DNA of 64,000 nt from an uncultured delta proteobacterium (GTDB lineage Bacteria > Desulfobacterota > Syntrophobacteria > BM002), in contig CAVQGX010000042.1 in NCBI GenBank assembly GCA_963712115.1, positions 121,299 through 185,298 of the forward strand. The letters are read 5' to 3'. Shown here one piece after another: positions 41,508 through 52,490 of the stretch (position 1 is the stretch's first letter; every line of letters begins with the position of its first letter). The notes below the pieces were generated by a model. It did no database searches. It worked only from the letters and a program-made list of their open reading frames with translations, and was not told the origin of the DNA. The translations under genes and the position numbers were made by a program.

Positions 41508-44019
41508 TTAGGTACTGACTTTTTTTACGTCCTCATATGACACAAACTTCGGCAAGCTCTTTATCTTCTGCCACTCTAGCAACCGATGTCGCGGCAAAAC
41601 CATTACCCCGGGAGCCATATCCTCTTCTACCCAGACATCCACTTCAACAACGCCTTCGTCCAACTTGATTTTTACTTTATCCCCACGGCCTAGCCCCAAT
41701 CTAGCGGCATCATTGGTATGCATGGAAGCGCAGGGACTTTTCTCCAACTTCCTGAGGGGAGGTGAAAACGAGGAGAGTTCTTCGGTTCCGAATGTCCAAT
41801 CAGTCAAGATGACTTCCAAAGAGTCCTTAGGGTCGTCGCCTTTATCTTTCTCCTCCTGCCAATTTGCTGAAAATTGAGGTGGGGTGTCATCAGATGAGCT
41901 GATCAGCATCCCGTCGTCAGTAAGTTCATCGAAATGCGGGACCTCCGCCAATGCAGGTATATTGTCAGCTAGCCAACCAAGCAGGTTCCGCCGGGTGCTA
42001 CCTTCATCTTCAACTGAGCTACCATTTGCAATATGATTTAGAAACTGAGAGGCGGCTCGCACCTCTCCGCCGGGGATTTCACTTTCATAGACCCTTGGCG
42101 GATGGTTCCCACCACCAATCTGAGCAATAGAAGTTCCCCCCAGATAGGCCTTTGGAGCAGCCTGTAGTCTTCCCTCCTGGTTGATGAACATTCCACCTGA
42201 CTCGTATAATGTCGAGGTGGGCAGGAACACATGAGCTTTCTGAACCGCGGCCGACTCAAGGTAATCAAGGACAACGAGCAAATCCAGCTTTTCTATGGCC
42301 AGATCTAACCTCTGCCTGTGGTGAAAGTTGTGAAAGGGGTCATTTTCAACCAGGATCAGACCTTTGATCCTACCGTTTTCCATGCCTTCGAGTATCTCCA
42401 AAAAAGAGAACTTTTTGCTGGCGAGCAATGAAGCCCCGAAAGAATTAGCTTGAGGCAGCAAATAAAAAAGACCTGCTTGCTTTTTCGCAGCCCGCAAGAG
42501 TTGGGCATGGTCGGCCGCCAAGGCAGGGGTGGTCTCTCGCACAATCTGAGTCCCGCAGACGATTACCACCCTTCGACTGGCTCGAAGTTCTTGTGCCAAA
42601 GCAGAAGCTTTTTCTTGAAGTAAGTCCGGAACAATCTCAAAGGTCGGTGCCTCTTGGTAGAATTCGGCAGCAGTCTCTCCAGCTTCTGCAATAACTTCGT
42701 GATCCACCGCTGCTTTGATCAACGCACCAAAGTAGAGATTTATCTCATCCAGCCTGCACAGGCAGGTGGGTGAAGTCGAAAGGCAAAAAGATGGGTCGTG
42801 GGTCTATTACAACTATCTTTGCGCCATTTCGCTGGGCTTGTCTCATTGCCAAAGCCGACATGGGAGCTTCATTGATCGGATCAGCTCCAAGTGCGAGAAT
42901 AAAATCTGCACCTTCCAGATCGCGGAGTGAAACCGCCAATCCTGGATCCAGTCGAGAGACTGCTGTTCTCACCTTTTCCGCCAGGGAGTTTTCCATAAAA
43001 TATGAGGGCCCTTGCCATGCCTTTTTCTGACAAAGCTGCTTGAGCACAGCCTGAGTTTCCAAACTGCTCCGCCCCGAGCCTAAGCAGGCAACACTGTCGG
43101 GGCCTGGACTATTTACGAGCTCTGCCAGTTTTTCCCTGGCAGTTCGGATAGCCTCCTCAGTGGGAACTTCCTTGCCGTCAATTAGAGCCTGCCGCGGCCT
43201 CGTCTCATTTCTAGCGTAGTGAAAGCCGTGGCGTCCCCGGTCGCAGATGAAATAGCCGTTTACAGCCTCACTGTATCTTGCTTCCTGTCTAACCACCTCA
43301 CGATAGCGGGCACTGGCTGTAGTGTGACATCCCAGTGAACAGTTTATGCAGAGAGAAGGACTTCGCTGGTAGTCCCAACGCCTGCCGAAGAATCGAGACG
43401 GTCGGTCAGTGTAAACCCCGGTGGGGCAGATGTCGCTTAAGTTCCCGCTGAAAGGGCTTTCCAGAATGCCGTCTTTAAACCGACCAAAATAAGTGCGATT
43501 GGCGCTTTGCATGACTCCCAAGTCGAAGTAGCCAGCAAACTCCTGGTAGAACCGTGAACACCTGTAACAGTGGATACAGCGGTTCATTTCGTGTTGCACC
43601 AAAGGTCCTAGGTACTGGTCTCGGTAGGTTCGTTTCAACCCCAAATATCTTCTCATTCCATGTCCACCCGAAATTGTCGTATCCTGGAGCAAGCAGTGGC
43701 CCCCTTCATCACAAACCGGGCAATCATGGGGATGGTTCAGCATCAACCATTCGATTACGTATTTGCGGAACTCAACCGCCTCTTCGTCGGTGGTGGAAAC
43801 TATCATGCCGTCCTTCGCATCGATCATGCAGCTCATTTGTACGCCTTTAAAAGGCCCCTCCAGGAACTTCACCGCACAAACACGGCACGCACCCACAGAC
43901 CCCAAGGCTTGATGGTAACAGAAGCGCGGAATCATTATGCCCAGTTGCTTCGCGGCTTCGATTACCTTTGTCCCTTCCGGGACTTCTATCTCACGATTAT
44001 CGATTATTATCTTTGCCAT
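41508..44019 (-). CDS. nuoG: NADH-quinone oxidoreductase subunit G (one frameshift near 42757)
   Basis: IPRFCYH, GACRVC, HPHDCPVCDEGG, CIHCYRC, CINCSLGC; continues in another frame as LDEINLYFGALIKAAVD. Confidence 0.9.
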
Positions 44020-44034
44020 GTCAGATCAAATGTC

Positions 44035-44335
44035 TCAAGTGAGCTAAAATGTCTAAAGTGCCTAAAATTTGAAATCTGCAATCAGAAAGCAAAGAATCCA
44101 GTAGCCAGTAGCCAGTATTAATTTCGCAATTCGAAATTATTAATCCCTGATCTCTGACTTCCGACCTCTGACCCCTACCAATTACAACAAATGACAGCGC
44201 AGCGTAATGACCTAATGACGCCGAAGGCTAATGACAGAGTAGCCTGATCATGGCAAGGTCAACTTGAGCGAACCGCGGCTGCCTGCTGTCAGTTGCCTCC
44301 TGCCGGCTGTCTTACCCCCATGCTCTATGCCTACA
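44035..44335. repeat. Repeat mosaic containing copy 2 of the 172-bp element (44161-44332)
   Basis: 9-mer array, gtagcca units, then identity with 35203-35374. Confidence 0.9.
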
Positions 44336-44378
44336 CAAAGGAAAACAGATCCGCCTTAGGCGGAACAACTGACAAAAT

Positions 44379-45650
44379 CTACTTAAAAGGACATTTCTTC
44401 TGTGAGATATGCTCCCTTACCTCATCCTCAAAATATGTAATCAGACTCTCAACAGGTGATACGGCCCCGGGTGCGAAGGCACAGTAAGAACTCCAGAGGT
44501 GCTTGCTCATCTGCTGAAGCATGGGAATGAACTCTTCCTCACCCTCGCCTTCCTCCAATCGCCTCAGCAAATCCCTGATATACGGCAATCCCTCCCGGCA
44601 AGGTGTACACCAGCCACATGATTCTCGGGCGAAAAATTCAACCAGGTTCAAGGTAGCGGCGACAAGACAGGTTTTCTGATTAAAGACCATAATCGCCCCG
44701 GTGCCTAGCCTGTGTCCAACATTGCGCAAGGTATCGAAATCCATCTCGATATCATAGAAGTCCCTGGGCAAGAACCGGGTTGAGGCACCACCCGGCAGAC
44801 AGGCCTTGTATTCTGATCCCCCGACCATTCCGCCGGCATGCACCTCAATGATTTCGCTCAACCGAACTCCCATGGGAAGTTCATAGCAACCTGGACTATT
44901 TATCTTGCCGCTTACGCAGAAAATCTTGGTCCCGGCACCGGTTTCTGTGAGCGCCAGGTTCTTGAACCATTCAGGCCCATTTCTAAGTATGTGTGGCATG
45001 CAGGCAAGGGTTTCCACGTTTTGAAGCACTGTGGGCTTTTGCCAGAGCCCTTTTTCTGTGGGATAGGGGGGTGGCTGCTGAGGGTTGGCTCTTTTTCCCA
45101 TGAGAGCATTTAGTTGTGCTGTTACCTCACCGCAGATATACCTGCCAGCACTGCGGTGGACAACGATGTCTAGGGAATAGCCATTCCCCAGTATGTTCTT
45201 ACCCAGATAGCCGGCCTCCTCTGCTATCTTGATTTCTCTTTCCAGAATTCTTGCTGCACTCTCGTACTCGGGCCGGATAAAAATTACGCCCTTCTCCGCC
45301 TGGGCTCCGTACCCAGCTATGATCATTCCCTCGATGAGCATGTGGGGATCGGCGTGGATCAAAACTCGATCTTTGAATGTGCCTGGTTCCATCTCATCAG
45401 CATTGCACACGATGTATCTCGGATGGGGTGCATCATCCGCCACGGTCATCAGTTTTCTGCCGGCTGGAAAAGCGGCACCGCCCCGCCCCAGAAGCACCGC
45501 ATCCAAGAGGACTTGTTGCACCTCCTTATAGGAAGACCTCCGCAGCGTATCAGCCAACCCCTCGTATCCGCCGCTCTGCCGGTATTCTTCCAGCGTGGCA
45601 ATCCGGTCTGGTTTTCGATTCTGGAAGAGCACTTGAGGGTAATTCATCAT
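44379..45650 (-). CDS. nuoF: NADH-quinone oxidoreductase subunit F
   Basis: GRGGAAFP, NADEMEPGTFKDR, YICGE, ESCGWCTPCREG. Confidence 0.95.
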   Translation of the reverse strand: MMNYPQVLFQNRKPDRIATLEEYRQSGGYEGLADTLRRSSYKEVQQVLLDAVLLGRGGAAFPAGRKLMTVADDAPHPRYIVCNADEMEPGTFKDRVLIHADPHMLIEGMIIAGYGAQAEKGVIFIRPEYESAARILEREIKIAEEAGYLGKNILGNGYSLDIVVHRSAGRYICGEVTAQLNALMGKRANPQQPPPYPTEKGLWQKPTVLQNVETLACMPHILRNGPEWFKNLALTETGAGTKIFCVSGKINSPGCYELPMGVRLSEIIEVHAGGMVGGSEYKACLPGGASTRFLPRDFYDIEMDFDTLRNVGHRLGTGAIMVFNQKTCLVAATLNLVEFFARESCGWCTPCREGLPYIRDLLRRLEEGEGEEEFIPMLQQMSKHLWSSYCAFAPGAVSPVESLITYFEDEVREHISQKKCPFK

Positions 45651-45902
45651 AAATGCCTAAAGTGTCTAAAATGTTCTAAAATGCCTAAAGTTAAGGTAAG
45701 GGGTCGTTCAAATCGTTCAAGTCGTTCAAATCGCAAAAGCTTAAGTAGCCAGGACTCAGTAGCCAGAATCCAGAGAGGCATACGGCTCAGGGCTCAGGGC
45801 ACAAGGAAAAAAATTTAGTCTTCTATTGCCTTGTGCCTTGCGCCTTATGCCTTGCGCCTATCATCAATTTGCAATCTACAATCTAAAATCTTAAATCTAC
45901 AG
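45651..45902. repeat. Ordered intergenic repeat mosaic
   Basis: aaatgcctaaagtgtctaaa, tcgttcaaa units, ggctcagg/gccttgc hairpin, aatct units. Confidence 0.85.
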
Positions 45903-46376
45903 TTAGGCTTCTGCTCTTAGTCTTTCCAGAATGTCGTCTAACTTCTCAATCGTGAGCGGTCCATATACCTTCTTGTTAATCATAATAGCCGGCGCCCTGT
46001 CACAGTAGCCAATGCAGCAGACTGGCAGCAAGCTGAACATCCTATCTGGGGTGGTCTCACCCAGGTTTATCCCCAACTTCCCAGAGAGATGATCCAGCAG
46101 GGATTCGTGTCCTTCCATCCAGCAGATGACGCTGTCGCACACATGTATGACGTATTTGCCCACGGGTTCTCGGTAGATGAAGGTGTAAAAGGTGGCCAGC
46201 TGTTCCACTTCCAGGGGAGACATGTCCAGAAGTTCAGCTACCTCCTCGACGGCTTCATCGCTCAAATAGCCGTAGTGATCCTGAACAGCGAACATGACAT
46301 CCACCACCAACTCACGGGGATGGTCAATGCTGGCGATGTTCTTTTGCAGCGATTGTTTGAGTTCTCTAGGTATCAT
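45903..46376 (-). CDS. nuoE: NADH-quinone oxidoreductase subunit E
   Basis: ATFY, VCDSVIC, CIGYCDRAP. Confidence 0.94.
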   Translation of the reverse strand: MIPRELKQSLQKNIASIDHPRELVVDVMFAVQDHYGYLSDEAVEEVAELLDMSPLEVEQLATFYTFIYREPVGKYVIHVCDSVICWMEGHESLLDHLSGKLGINLGETTPDRMFSLLPVCCIGYCDRAPAIMINKKVYGPLTIEKLDDILERLRAEA

Positions 46377-46386
46377 TGGAGGTCTT

Positions 46387-46635
46387 TAAAATGAGCTAAA
46401 ATGTACTAAAGTTTGGTTATAGGTTATGGGTTATTGGTCGTTTAAATCGTTAAAATCGTCCATCACAGAGGTCAGAAGTCGGAGATCAGAGATCAGCTTT
46501 ACCCCTGACCTCAGACATCTGATCTCTGACCTCTGAGTTCTACTTGCTGCCTGCTATCCGCTGTCTGCTGCCTGCTGAAACTCTATGCTCTATGCCTTTC
46601 CAAATCCGCAATCCGAAATCCCAAATCCGAAATCC
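46387..46635. repeat. Ordered intergenic repeat mosaic; inverted counterpart at 51135-51322
   Basis: 46462-46534 is almost the exact reverse complement of 51250-51322. Confidence 0.85.
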
Positions 46636-46637
46636 CT

Positions 46638-49600
46638 TTACCTATCAATATCCGGGAGAATGTAGTCAATGGATCCGATGGTGGCGATCAAGTCGGCTAT
46701 ACTCTCACCCACAGCCATAAGCGGCATTACTTGTACATTTGCAAACCCCGGTGAGCGTATACGGGTGCGGTACGAATAACCGAGTCCGTCACTCACAACA
46801 TAATAGCCCTGCTCTCCCCTGGGGATCTCGCAGGATGCGTAAGCCTCCCCTCTGGGGATCTTGGCTCCTCGGGTCACGTTGATAAAGTGATGTATCAGGC
46901 TCTCTATATCTTTCAACATGTCCGACCTTTGGGGGATCACATAGCGATAATCATCTGTCACGTAGCGCCCAGATGGCATCTGCTCCGCGGCTTGCTTGAT
47001 AATTTTCAAGCTTTGGCGCATTTCCTCGACCCTCACCAGATAGCGAGCGTAGCAATCTCCCTCGGTGGCAGTGGGAATCTCAAAATCAAAGTTTTCGTAG
47101 CCTGAGTAGGGAAACTTTTTCCGTAAATCCCACTCCAGGCCGCAAGCCCGCAAGTTAGGACCGCTTACACCCCAATCAATTGAGTCCTCCAAAGAAATGC
47201 GACCGATGCCTTGAGTTCTAGCTTTAAAGATGGGGTTTTTGGTTGTCAGAGCTTCGTATTCTTTGAGTCGATTAGGAAATATCTTGACGAAATGATCAAC
47301 AGCTTCTTTCCAGCCCTCCGGCAAATCCGCGGCAACGCCTCCCAGCCGGAACCACGAGGGATGCAATCGACCTCCGGTTATGAGCTCAACTATGTCAAGA
47401 AGGATTTCCCGCTCTCTAAAGGTATAGAAATTAGGGGTCATGGCCCCCAAGTCGTGAGCGAAGGTAGCAAAAAAGACGAGATGATTGCTTAAGCGGAAAA
47501 ACTCGCTGAGCATAACCCTGATCACCTGGGCCCGCTCCGGAACTTCTATACCAGCCAGAGTTTCAACGGCCATGACGTAGGGAAGATTGTTGGCTGCCCC
47601 AGCCAAATAATCCACACGATCTGTATATGGAATGTACTGGTTCCAGGTTTGTCTTTCGCCAATTTTTTCCGCCGCCCGATGATGGTAACCAATGTCCATG
47701 TCCATTTCGGTTATTTCTTCACCGTTGAGGGAAACTATATAGCGCATCAAACCGTGGGTACTTACATGGTGGGGACCGATGTTTAGTATGAGCTCGTGTT
47801 CTCTACCCTCTCTTTTGATGTAGATACCGCCGTCCAAGGGTTGGAGCCTCTGGGCATCGGCAAGAGTGTAAGGAGTCATTTCCGTGGCTCGACCTGGATG
47901 ACTCTTTCTCAGGGGATGGCCCTCCCAGTCGTGGGGCATAATAAGTCTCCGCAGGTTCGGATGGCCTTCGAACCTTATGCCAAACATGTCGAATACTTCC
48001 CGCTCGTACCAGTTTGCAGAGGGCCAGATATCAGTCACACTTTGAGCTAAAGGATCTTGCCTTTTAATCCCACTTTAAGCCGCAACCTGGTGGCGGGCAA
48101 AAATATTTGAATTGTTATAATTTTAAGTTTAGGATTTATGAATAAATAGGAGGTAGAATATTGGTGGCAGTGGGAATCTCAAAATCAAAGTTTTCGTAGC
48201 CTGAGTAGGGAAACTTTTTCCGTAAATCCCACTCCAGGCCGCAAGCCCGCAAGTTAGGACCGCTTACACCCCAATCAATTGAGTCCTCCAAAGAAATGCG
48301 ACCGATGCCTTGAGTTCTAGCTTTAAAGATGGGGTTTTTGGTTGTCAGAGCTTCGTATTCTTTGAGTCGATTAGGAAATATCTTGACGAAATGATCAACA
48401 GCTTCTTTCCAGCCCTCCGGCAAATCCGCGGCAACGCCTCCCAGCCGGAACCACGAGGGATGCAATCGACCTCCGGTTATGAGCTCAACTATGTCAAGAA
48501 GGATTTCCCGCTCTCTAAAGGTATAGAAATTAGGGGTCATGGCCCCCAAGTCGTGAGCGAAGGTAGCAAAAAAGACGAGATGATTGCTTAAGCGGAAAAA
48601 CTCGCTGAGCATAACCCTGATCACCTGGGCCCGCTCCGGAACTTCTATACCAGCCAGAGTTTCAACGGCCATGACGTAGGGAAGATTGTTGGCTGCCCCA
48701 GCCAAATAATCCACACGATCTGTATATGGAATGTACTGGTTCCAGGTTTGTCTTTCGCCAATTTTTTCCGCCGCCCGATGATGGTAACCAATGTCCATGT
48801 CCATTTCGGTTATTTCTTCACCGTTGAGGGAAACTATATAGCGCATCAAACCGTGGGTACTTACATGGTGGGGACCGATGTTTAGTATGAGCTCGTGTTC
48901 TCTACCCTCTCTTTTGATGTAGATACCGCCGTCCAAGGGTTGGAGCCTCTGGGCATCGGCAAGAGTGTAAGGAGTCATTTCCGTGGCTCGACCTGGATGA
49001 CTCTTTCTCAGGGGATGGCCCTCCCAGTCGTGGGGCATAATAAGTCTCCGCAGGTTCGGATGGCCTTCGAACCTTATGCCAAACATGTCGAATACTTCCC
49101 GCTCGTACCAGTTTGCAGAGGGCCAGATATCAGTCACACTTTGAGCTAAAGGATCTTGCCCTTTTAATCCCACTTTAAGCCGCAACCTGGTGGCGGGCTC
49201 GAAGGACAGCAGATTGTAAACCAGAGTATAATCCGGGTAGTTCTGGCGATTCCTGCGAGTAGATTCATCAACAGCAGTAAGATCCTCTAAACGTTGGTAC
49301 CGTGGGGTGGCCTCCTGTTTGAGGAATTTAATCATCTCTTTGAGCCGCTCTTCCTCCACCTGAAAGGTAAGCATGTCAGAGGTTTGCTCCGTCTGCTTCA
49401 CACTGTCGCTGAACCTTTGTTGAAGAGTTTTGGCCAGACTATTGTCACCCTCACTTAACTCGATTCGTCTCGACGGTGGCGTCCACATTAAATCCGAGCG
49501 GCTGTCCCAGAATCCAGGCGGCACTGAGGAAGTTCCCCGTATGGCAGTTCCTTGCATTCCGGGCCCCCGAGGATCTCTAGACTTTGTTTGGCCGTCAACC

Positions 49601-50127
49601 AGAATAGGCTTTTGAGTCCCTTGGGTTCCACCCTTAAGATGGAAGATTGTGCGAGTTGGTCGTTCCTCGGCAACTATTTTTTCCTGCAACATTACGAGCC
49701 CTTGTAGTACGGCCTCAGGTCGCGGCGGACAGCCTGGGATGTAGACATCCACCGGCAGTATTTGATCCACTCCCTGAACCACACTGTAGGCATCGTACAT
49801 TCCCCCGCTGTTGGAACAAGAACCCATGGAGATGACCCACTTAGGTTCCGCCATCTGCTCGTAAAGCCTTAAAACAACCGGTGCAATCTTTTTGAAAACC
49901 GTGCCAGAGACAATAAGGAGATCCGCCTGCCTCGGTGAAGGCCGAAGCACCTCTGCTCCGAACCGAGCCATGTCATATCTGGCGGTGAAGGCTGCTGCCT
50001 CCTCGACGAAACAGCATGAAAGGCCGAAAAACATAGGCCAGAGACTGTACTTGCGAGCCCAGTTAATCAGGACGTCAGCCCCCCTCAAGAGGGGGTTGTT
50101 CAATCCTCTCTCGATGTTGGCCCCCAC
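46638..50127 (-). CDS. nuoBCD: Fused NADH-quinone oxidoreductase subunit B/C/D, interrupted by an internal duplication
   Basis: GLSCC and PGCPPRP (B), [16 protein letters not shown] (C), GPHHVSTHG...PDIDR (D); joining 50127-48163 to 47063-46638 gives one 797-codon frame. Confidence 0.88.
47064..49198. repeat. ~1035-bp direct duplication (47064-48098 and 48163-49198) with a 64-bp AT-rich spacer
   Basis: Copies match by eye except one C indel (ttgcctttt vs ttgccctttt). Confidence 0.92.
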
Positions 50128-50510
50128 TCGAGCCCTCCCTTCCTCCAAATGTAAACAAGGCCAAGAAGCAGGACGAAGATAAAGAAGGATATCTGCAGCC
50201 AGCCAGCCCAACCGAGCCTGTAGTAGGAGATGGCCCAAGAAAAGATGTAGGCTGCTTCCACATCGAAAATTAGGAAAAAAATGGCAACAAGAAAAAATGG
50301 AACGGGGTAACGGAGGCGGGCTGAGCCTGTTGGGATGATGCCGCTTTCATACGGTCGCAGTTTTTCCGGATTCTCTTTCTTTTCCCCCAGCCAGGAGGCA
50401 AAGAAGAGGAGCACTGCCACCAAGCCCAGTACCATAAGACCATAGACGGCCAAGCTAAAAAGACCAGGCTCCCAGGGAGATAATGAAGCTCCATGAAGGA
50501 TTGGCTGCAC
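50100..50510 (-). CDS. nuoA: NADH-quinone oxidoreductase subunit A
   Basis: [28 protein letters not shown]; GTG start with GGAGG RBS. Confidence 0.94.
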   Translation of the reverse strand: MQPILHGASLSPWEPGLFSLAVYGLMVLGLVAVLLFFASWLGEKKENPEKLRPYESGIIPTGSARLRYPVPFFLVAIFFLIFDVEAAYIFSWAISYYRLGWAGWLQISFFIFVLLLGLVYIWRKGGLEWGPTSRED

Positions 50511-50901
50511 ACGTCCTCCGGAGTGTCACCCCAATTGGCTTTCTAAAGCATTTTTAGGTGGTCCACTGTAATGGATATAGTTGTCACAAATTTGCCGGTC
50601 AGGAGGAATGATAAGACATTATTCCATTATTCCAAGTGAGGCATAGCCCCCTATTCTTCTGCAAAAATTGTAGCTCAGGAGTTGTGTTGATGCATGCTGT
50701 ATGGCCGCTCAGGTTACCCCAGGCTAAAAGGGACCTTAGAGAATCCTACAAGGGGAAACCATAATGAAGCTTATGATAATTAAGAGTGCTAGGGAGTGCA
50801 AGCCCTTTCCCTCAGCACAATCGAACAGGCGCAAGGTTGTAGAAACCTTGTAGTTAAACCATAATAAGAACCGTTTGCGAGCTTTGGGTCAAGGTTTCTT
50901 T

Positions 50902-51323
50902 GCATGGGGCATAGGGGTAAGACAGCTGGCAGGAGGCAACTGACAGCAGGCAGCCGCGGTTCGCTTAAGTTGACCTTGCCATGATTAGGCTACTCTGTCA
51001 TTAGCCTTCGGCGTCATTAGGTCATTAAGCTGCGCTGTCATTTGTTGTAATTGGTAGAGGTCAAAATCCAAAATTCAGGAAAAAAGCAATCAAGAGTAAT
51101 TTCTTTTCAACTACTGGCTACTGGAATCTCTGATTGCGGATTTGGGATGTGAGATTGCGGATTGCGGATTTGAGAAGGCATAGAGCATAGGGCATGGAGC
51201 ATGGGGGAAAAGACAGCTGGCAGGAGGCAGCTAACAGCAGGCAGCAAGTAGAGGTCAGAGATCAGATGTCTGAGGTCAGGGTTAAAGCTGATCTCTGATC
51301 TCCGACTTCTGACCTCTGTGATT
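50902..51323. repeat. Large mosaic: inverted copy 3 of the 172-bp element plus inverted copy of the 46462-46635 block
   Basis: Reverse-complement matches with a few substitutions and indels. Confidence 0.85.
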
Positions 51324-51594
51324 GAATTAACTGCCGTTTATGTTTAGAATTTAGTCTTGGACTCTTCCTTGACATCCGTTGCCGCCTGCAGCAATCTGAG
51401 TACAATTAAAAGATTCAGGAAACCGGAGCCCAATTCCAAAGGGATGGGCACTGAACAGACTGAAGCGAGCTCGAACAATACATGAATTGAGGTATTTAGG
51501 AATTCAGAATTTATGGTTTGATGACCTTAATATTAGTTTGATCATTATTTACGAATTGACTAATTCTCTAATTCCCTAATTCTCGTCGTTAAGG

Positions 51595-52371
51595 ATGGCC
51601 TTGCAACAGCAGGTTCACTTTTTAAATCTCTCTGGTGAGAAATTGGCGGGAACCTTCCATGTCCCTGCAAAGAATTCTCGCCATGGCATCATTCTCGGTC
51701 ACTGTTTCACCTGCTCAAGACATACCAGGATTCTTCGCGACCTAAGCTTGGCCTTGGTGGACGAGGGTTTCAAAGTACTCCGTTTTGATTTTTCCGGGAA
51801 TGGTCAGAGTGAAGGCAATTTTTCTGAATCCCTTTATTCTAAGCAGGTTGACGATATAAAGACTGCAGCCTCATTTATGTCAACTCAAGGTGTTTCGTGG
51901 ATTGGAGTGGCCGGTCACAGCATGGGTGCCATGGTCGCTCTGCTTGCAGCATCCGTGATGGACAATATAAAAGCGGTTTGCACCCTGGCGGCAAAAGCAT
52001 CAGCTTTACAGAGCTTTCATTTTCTCAGCCAGGATCAGATTGACGAACTGCAGCGCAACGGGCGGGTCAACTTCATCAGCAGGGGCCGCAATCTAGAGCT
52101 TACAGAGGCTTTTTTTGCAGACGCAGCCAAATATGACCTCTCCGCCATTATGCCGTCTTTACCTCAGCCTTTAATGTTGGTCCACGGGGATATGGACGAA
52201 ATCATTCCGGTGGAGAACGCCTATAGACTTCATCAGTACAAGAGTGCGAATACCGAACTGGTCATCATTCCCGGAGCTGACCATATGTTCAGCCAGGATG
52301 AGCATCGTCAAGAAGTTGCGCAACGGGTAGCGCAATGGTTTAAGGGGCTGGCCTCGAAGGAAGGATCTTAG
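51595..52371 (+). CDS. Alpha/beta-fold hydrolase
   Basis: HCFTC, RFDFSGNGQSEG, GHSMG nucleophile elbow, HGDMD, GADH. Confidence 0.88.
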   Translation: MALQQQVHFLNLSGEKLAGTFHVPAKNSRHGIILGHCFTCSRHTRILRDLSLALVDEGFKVLRFDFSGNGQSEGNFSESLYSKQVDDIKTAASFMSTQGVSWIGVAGHSMGAMVALLAASVMDNIKAVCTLAAKASALQSFHFLSQDQIDELQRNGRVNFISRGRNLELTEAFFADAAKYDLSAIMPSLPQPLMLVHGDMDEIIPVENAYRLHQYKSANTELVIIPGADHMFSQDEHRQEVAQRVAQWFKGLASKEGS

Positions 52372-52471
52372 ATTTTAGATTGCGGATTTGGGATGCTTGA
52401 TCTGTTATGGTTATTTTAAATAATTTAGACACTTTAGGACATTTTAGACATTTTAGCTCACTTTAGGCACT
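52368..52471. repeat. GATT-unit array followed by TTTAG(A/G)CA 9-mer array
   Basis: tagattttagattgcggatttgg ... tttagacactttaggacattttagacattttagctcactttaggcact. Confidence 0.8.
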
Positions 52472-52490
52472 TCATAAGGGTGAAAAAACT

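Noticed and set aside
42745-42747. TGA ending the nuoG 5' ORF as selenocysteine
   Set aside because: The NuoG sequence continues in a different frame, so this is a frameshift
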